Source: Podarcis melisellensis (lineage: Eukaryota). From it: a stretch of DNA of 64,000 bases. A program made the translations under genes and the position numbers. The DNA is taken from NCBI GenBank assembly GCA_964234715.1, contig OZ174284.1; one strand, given 5' to 3'. The notes beneath the pieces were generated by a model. It was not told the DNA's origin, did no database searches, and saw nothing but the letters and a program-made list of their open reading frames with translations. Shown piece by piece: positions 52,631 to 64,000 of the stretch. The first letter of the stretch is position 1. Every line of letters begins with the position of its first letter.

Positions 52631-54727
52631 AAAAAACGCCTTGTATGATCAAAAGCAGAACTTCATATACTGCCTGTATTTTATTTCTGTCTATGTAGTT
52701 TTAGGAAGACGTGACCAAGAACAAATAACTGAATTCTGCAACTCCTGTAAAATGAGCTGTATACTAATTTCTTTTGATAAAAGTGTCTCTTCACAACTAA
52801 GATGCAAATCTTAGATCCCAAATTCTTTCAGTGATTTGAGCAATACGATGTAGAAACAACCACCTCAGAAAAGGGCCAGTTTTCAATGATTATTCAGTTC
52901 TCAAATGTTTTGGTTGTGTTTGTAGCCCAAACCCTTCAGTAGAGTCCTCTATTTTGATAGACCATTTCATTTCATGTCTAACAGTTTTAGATACTTTACA
53001 AAATTAGTTACTTTCTTAAATATCTGTAATTAGCGTTAAAAATAGGCTGCAGAAAAATATGTTCAGAACAGCATGATCTTGAAGTGCGTATTGTTCCAAT
53101 GTATGCACTGACAAAATAATTTTGCACTAATTTTGTGCTGTGCACAAGCTTTTCTGAAAGATAAATACACCACAAGGATCTGTTTAATTAAAACAAAAGA
53201 CTAATTCAGATGCCTTTATAAAGACACAAAGTAGCCTCTAACAACGTGGATTCAAGAGGTATAATGTTCCTGCAAGTCAATTCTGTGTCTGAAAAGGTAG
53301 CATAAAATGGTTAAACTCTCTATCTCATTCAACTGTAACATGGTTTGAAGTTGTAGGATATTACTGTAAATACAGTGTACAATAAGAATGTATAAGGTAC
53401 AAATGGCGCTGAACGCTGGAATTGGTCTTCTCAGTGGCAGAAAATGTAAATGAAATGCACAAACTAAGAACCCAAATGTACGCATCCTGTAGTTAGAATG
53501 AAGAGAGGTTTTATTTAAATTCTTGGTTTCGCTGATTGAATAAAAGAGTTCTTAATTATTAGCCTTGCCTAAGGACTTTCTTTGAAACAGTATAATTTGT
53601 CTCCCTTTTAAGTTATTTAAGAGCTATGGGTATGGTGGTGGTGCTTTCATTTAAGAAAACAGTATTGTTAAAGGTTGCTGCCTCTACAATGCAAAACTAT
53701 TATTACGTGCACTTCTGCAATTCTGTATCTGATGTTCCCCTATATATATTTCATAATCATAGGATGAGAAGTTATGAGTCATATGCTCACTTTGCCATAA
53801 ACAGATTTCTAACCATACCACTAGTGCAAAATTGACATCTTGTCTTCCCAATCTTTATCAAAAACTTGTACATCTCAGCTGTTCTGCACTTTGTTTTGGT
53901 TGTACATTAACCATAAATAGTAGAGGCACTACACTTTCCTGTTGAATCAGATCTCTGTCTTAGAGACACACAGGCCTCTTTCATAAGAACAGAAGCAACC
54001 TACATTCCTTAATGTCTTGCTGCCTGGTGCAAATGTTTAGAATGTATGAGGCAGAAAATATACTTAAGGCACATTGCACATTTTACCTACTGTAATTTAC
54101 CAAATTCTTCATGGCTACAAACACCGTTAAACTCCCTCTGAGCTGTCCTGAGGTTATGAAGCTTAGACTTCCAAAGACAGAGATGATTACCTCTCCTGTT
54201 GCTATGTCCAGCTAACCTCATTAGTCTCTGTTCCTTCACTGCTGGGTTTTGTGGAAGGTGGTTTTGTTATCCAGGTTAGAGAGTGGATTGGAGGAGTGGT
54301 TCAATGAAGTATAAAAACAGTAAGCATGGGGAGCGAGGTGATGAATTGGGTTGTGGGGAAATCTCTGGAATTTGCTTCAGAAATTAAGAATTAGGGAACT
54401 GAATCCCCATCTAACATGGGTCAAAGCCCATGATGGGTTGGGGGTTTGGGAATCCAAGTGAATTGAGCCTGATGTTTTAGGACACAATAAATATTTGGAA
54501 TCAGATGTCAGTACAAATGACATGATTACGCACCCAATTAAATACGTGGCACTTTTCCACAATTTTACCTAATCTACTTGATGCACTTATTAGAATATAG
54601 TGTGCTCCTAATGTGTTTCTCTTTAGCTTTGTTTGGGAAATTTGTCTATGGATTTGTCTATGAATTTGTTCAAGGATCCCTTTTGAAACTCAGCTGTTTA
54701 ATCAACCTTGCCAGTAACTTGTTTCAT

Positions 54728-54809
54728 TAATAATAATAATAATAATAATGAATTTATACCCCGCCCATCTGGCTGGGTTTCCCCAGCCACTCTGGGCGGC
54801 TTCCAACAA

Positions 54810-54852
<43 letters not shown>
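54728..54852. repeat. LINE (L2-like) 3' tail fragment flanked by (TAA)n and (TTA)n microsatellites
   Basis: (TAA)7 at 54728-54749, TTTATACCCCGCCCATCTGGCTGGG..GGCTTCCAACA core, (TTA)14 at 54811-54852. Confidence 0.85.
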
Positions 54853-54853
<1 letters not shown>

Positions 54854-54904
54854 GCATCAGAGTAGGATTATCTGATCTGCAACTCTTGAGTATACTGATT
54901 TACT

Positions 54905-55274
54905 GGGACGCAGTGGCACTGTGGTCTAAACCAGAGCCTCTTGGGCTTGCCGATTGGAAGGTCAGTTCAAATCCCCACAATGGGGTGAGCTCCTGTTGCT
55001 CTGTCCCAGCTCCTGCCAACCTAGCAGTTCAAAAGCATGCCAGTGCAAATAGATAAATAGGTACTGCTGTAGCAGGAAGGTAAATGGCGTTTCCATGCAC
55101 TCTGGTTTCTGTCACGGTGTTCCGTTGCGCCAGAAGCGGTTTAGTCATGACCCGGAAAGCTGTCTGTGGACAAACGCTGGCTCCCTCAGCCTGAAAGCAA
55201 GATGAGTGCCGCAACCCCATAATCACCTTTGACTGGACTTTACTGTCCAGGGGTCCTTTACCTTTTACCTTTTA
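54905..55274 (+). mobile_element. Sauria SINE, near full length
   Basis: tRNA-like head (GGGACGCAGTGGCACTGTGG...GTTCAAATCCCC), body CCTGCCAACCTAGCAGTTC..AAATAGATAAATAGGTAC, and an (ACCTTT)-type tail. Confidence 0.92.
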
Positions 55275-55931
55275 ATTCACAAACAATACCTTTGCCTCCT
55301 ATTGCTATCCCTTCACCTGTACAAATAGTTGAAAGCTGCACAATCGTGCATGACATGGACTCAAGTTTGCATGGCTTATGCTTGGGTACTGTGTGCCCTT
55401 AGGGTAACACTAAAGCAAGCACACTGTCACCATGGTGGTTTTCCACTGGAGATATGCCAAAATGAGGAGTGTTCATTATGTTACAAGCAACTTTAGTACT
55501 TTTAGTGATTGGTGGGTAACTATGCTTAAGTAACAAGCAATTCTCTCTCAATTCACTGACTTTGTTTTCATGTATTGTTTCCACAAGATGCCAATTTGTT
55601 CAGAAAGTTAACTTCCTCATTGACAACATGACTGCTGGGGGTTTTTAAAAAGCAAAAACATCTTAATAATTTCTGAAATGCCGTTTAGCCTGGTGTGTGA
55701 CTTAGCTGGGACAGCACTTCTTTTTTTTTTTTTTTAAGACCTTGTGACTTCTTTCACAAGCTATAGCCTTCAGCATTCTGTTCACAGAAGCAATATAATT
55801 TGTTGCCCCACCTTCCAACTTCCTCCTTTAAAATCCTATTTCAAAAGTAAGCTAGTTTTTCCAACTTGATAAAATCTCAAGGGCTGCTGGAGGAAAGGGC
55901 AGAGGTTAGAAAAACACTTGCCCATAATTGA

Positions 55932-56079
55932 GCCTGGCGCAATGGGTCAGTATGTCGCTGTTAACCAGGTTGGAGGTTCAATCCCACCCAGGGATGGCTG
56001 TGGGCAGAATTTCTGCATTGCAGGGGGTTGGACTATATGACCATTGGGATCCATACTCTACAATTCAATGTTTCTATGA
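55932..56079 (+). mobile_element. tRNA(Asn)-like SINE with the same CR1-type tail
   Basis: Head TGGCGCAATGGGTCAG..GCTGTTAACC..GGAGGTTCAATCCCACCCAGGGA; tail TTCTGCATTGCAGGGGGTTGGACTA..CTCTACAATTC. Confidence 0.75.
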
Positions 56080-56550
56080 ATGTTGGCTGATAAGGGCTAA
56101 TGAGGTGAGCCATGAACAGGTTTTTGTTGGAACTAAAAAAGTACAAGTATGGGGTATTATTTCTCGTTCTAATTTTGCATTCTCCCTGTTCTATCTGCCC
56201 CATCCCCTTTTTATCCATATAACCTAGTTTCTTTTGGATGTAGTGTTTGCACAGTGTCCATGCCTAACCTGAACCTGCTAAAAGTGTGGTCGTTGTCTTT
56301 GGGAATCAACTCTTGCTAACCATTAGCAGATCTTGACTGTTTGGGGCATACTACCCGCTCCTTCTCTCTGTAGCTGATAATAGCACAATTACACTGCAGT
56401 CCTCTGCACTGTCTACTCAAAAGCAATTCCCACTGAACGCAGTGGGGCTTACTTAAGGAAATAGGTGCAGGTTTGCAACCTTAATTAATCCAACAGGTAG
56501 CAGCCTACATGATCTCAGTCAAGGGGGATTATGGAGGGTGTAGACATTTA

Positions 56551-57064
56551 TTAAACAATTCTTATACATTGTTCCATAGAGAAATTAAACTTTCCCTTGT
56601 TTTTAACAAGGCTAGAGTGAAAGTATCTGGCGTAAATGAAGAAGAAAGGTGGGGGGGGTGGTCCATGCCTCCATTAGAACCAGAAAAACAGGTAAGGGGG
56701 AGCAGGGTGGATTCCCTGGAGAGCATATGTAGTGTGGTGCTTTGGGCGACATAAGGGCGCACTTACTTTATGTGCATCCTGGGGACATGTGGTGGGACGC
56801 AGGGCAGCACAAAACAAGATGTATAGAAACCAGAAAGTGGGGGGGGCATGCAATGGGCATTTTCCTGGTAACAAAAAACAAACGCACATAATCAGGTTGA
56901 GGGTTTGAGCATGTGTGTATATTGCTGTGGCGCGTATGCAGCTGCATGTGTCACTTTAATGGTGTGATCTGGGCCAGAGCTGAGAATATAGGTCGGAAGA
57001 GGAGTCTCACCTGCGTAGCGGGGTCCCAACCGCAGGAATGTTCAGCGTTGTAAAAAACAAACAT
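56551..57064 (-). CDS. Candidate spliced 75-aa small ORF, divergent from MDM2 (hypothetical)
   Basis: Minus-strand exons 57064-57011, 56864-56767, 56626-56551; consensus donors CAG|GTGAGA and AAA|GTAAGT, branch and polypyrimidine CAG acceptors, continuous frame, and stop TAATAA overlapping AATAAA. No homology recognised. Confidence 0.35.
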
Positions 57065-57754
57065 ACCCAGGACTTTAACTCTCCACACACACCCCGCCAC
57101 TACAAGTGAAGAGCACAGCCAATAACTGTCTGGTATAAGCGCAGCGTGGCAGTGAGGAGGCCGCCTTGCAGCCGAGGCACCGCGTCGCCACCCTCCCATC
57201 CCGCGAGGCGCCCCGCTCCTTCCTGGGGTGGCGCCAAGGAGGAACCCGCGTCGGGACAGGCTCCTTGAAAGACAAGGCCGCGGCGGCATTTCACGGACAA
57301 TGTATTCGACAGTTCCTTCGGAATAGGCCCGCTTCAACACGCACCCTATCGAGCGGGGGGAATCGGCCCCCGAAGCACTGCAGGAAAGGCCGTGAAGCGC
57401 GCCACTGGCGCAAAGAACCGGCTGCCGGGTTGGGCAGGGCCGACGGGGGCGCTCGAGAGACGCCGCCACAAGAAGCCAGTTGCTCGCGCCGCGGCAAAAC
57501 CCAGGCAGGGCATGGCCGCGTTGTCGGGCCTGAAATGGCGGCCTTCGGCGTGGAATTCGGCCTCCTCGGCGGTTGAGGTAGACGCGTGCCCTGCCCTGCG
57601 TGTGGGCGGGTGAAGCGGAGCCTGCCTGGGAGAACTGAGGCGAGGGCCCTTCCTGAGGGGGACCCGTTGAGGTACGGAGAGGGAGGGAAAGGGCAGTGTG
57701 TGTGTTTATGTGGGGAGGAGGATCCAATGGCGGCGTCGGGGCTCCCCTCCCGCC

Positions 57755-57834
57755 TGACTCAGTGTTGATCGTGCGAGTCATGCTCGGGCATGTCGGGCCG
57801 CGGTCAGCCAGGGGAGCGAAGCCCGGACTTGCCC
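57755..57834 (+). promoter_or_regulatory. MDM2 P2 promoter: AP-1 site plus two tandem p53 response elements
   Basis: TGACTCA 57755-57761; RE1 AGTCATGCTC|GGGCATGTCG 57776-57795 (one mismatch per half-site vs RRRCWWGYYY, no spacer); RE2 GAGCgAAGCCC|GGACTTGCCC 57814-57834. Same layout as mammalian Mdm2 intron 1. Confidence 0.9.
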
Positions 57835-58082
57835 CGGACGAAGTCGTAGTCCGGCCGGTAGGCGACGCTCTTCATACTCGACCCCAGGCGGGGCCTTTCG
57901 CTGCGTTTCTTTCGGAAGCGGCGGTCTAACCCGGGTGAGGAGACGGGCGAGCGGAGGGCTTTATGCGGCTCCGCTTGTTGGCGGGGACACCTGGGGGGGG
58001 GGGGACGGACATAAACCCGTAACCGCTGAACCTAACCGAAGTTCCTTCTAATCTTCACAGGGAAACGTGCAATACGACTAAG

Positions 58083-63754
<5,672 letters not shown>

Positions 63755-64000
63755 GTAAGTAGTAATGGACTTTCATGAGGAAACTATTTTCTTTAAGTCT
63801 CCCCCATTGTTTTTTTTAGGTTCTCATTGTGTCTTAAAATTGTATCACCAGATGAAATAGAGGACAGTGCTCCTGCACTTTTCATAGTTGTGTGGAAGAG
63901 TGAAATTCAGAAGTTATAGCTTGTCATGCAAAATACCTGCTGAAATTGCCTGTTCTGCACAGCTGTTAAACAAGCTGGAACCCTGCCCTCTTTTTCACCT

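Noticed and set aside
54748-55056. Poly-Leu ORF resembling a signal peptide
   Set aside because: Translation of a (TTA)n microsatellite plus a Sauria SINE.
56951-57781. 276-aa minus-strand ORF across the MDM2 island
   Set aside because: Low-complexity Pro/Arg/Gly/Ala translation expected from GC-rich DNA. Only its last segment (from ATG 57064) is kept, as part of the spliced candidate, because of independent splice signals.

Overview
This is vertebrate genomic DNA from a squamate, most likely a lacertid lizard (Sauria SINE, Bov-B, CR1/L2 and lizard-type MITEs are present). It holds the conserved + strand block RAP1B - NUP107 - SLC35E3 - MDM2, syntenic with human 12q15. I reconstructed coding exons by hand from splice sites and reading frame: RAP1B (6 coding exons, 184 aa, plus a 3'UTR intron), NUP107 (28 exons, about 917 aa), SLC35E3 (5 exons, 309 aa) and the 5' part of MDM2 (7 coding exons; the gene runs off the window end). 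NUP107 and SLC35E3 each carry one U12-type minor intron. The most interesting region is the MDM2 locus: (i) a candidate unannotated 3-exon gene transcribed divergently from the MDM2 CpG island, whose spliced frame stays open for 75 codons and stops on its own AATAAA; (ii) the ancestral MDM2 start ATG reads ACG; (iii) the p53-binding cleft is heavily remodelled (L54M, L57I, V93I, H96C, I99L, Y100R in human numbering); (iv) the AP-1 plus tandem p53-element P2 promoter is intact. There is one 221-nt assembly gap. Comparisons with human and mouse sequences are from memory and need confirming by alignment.
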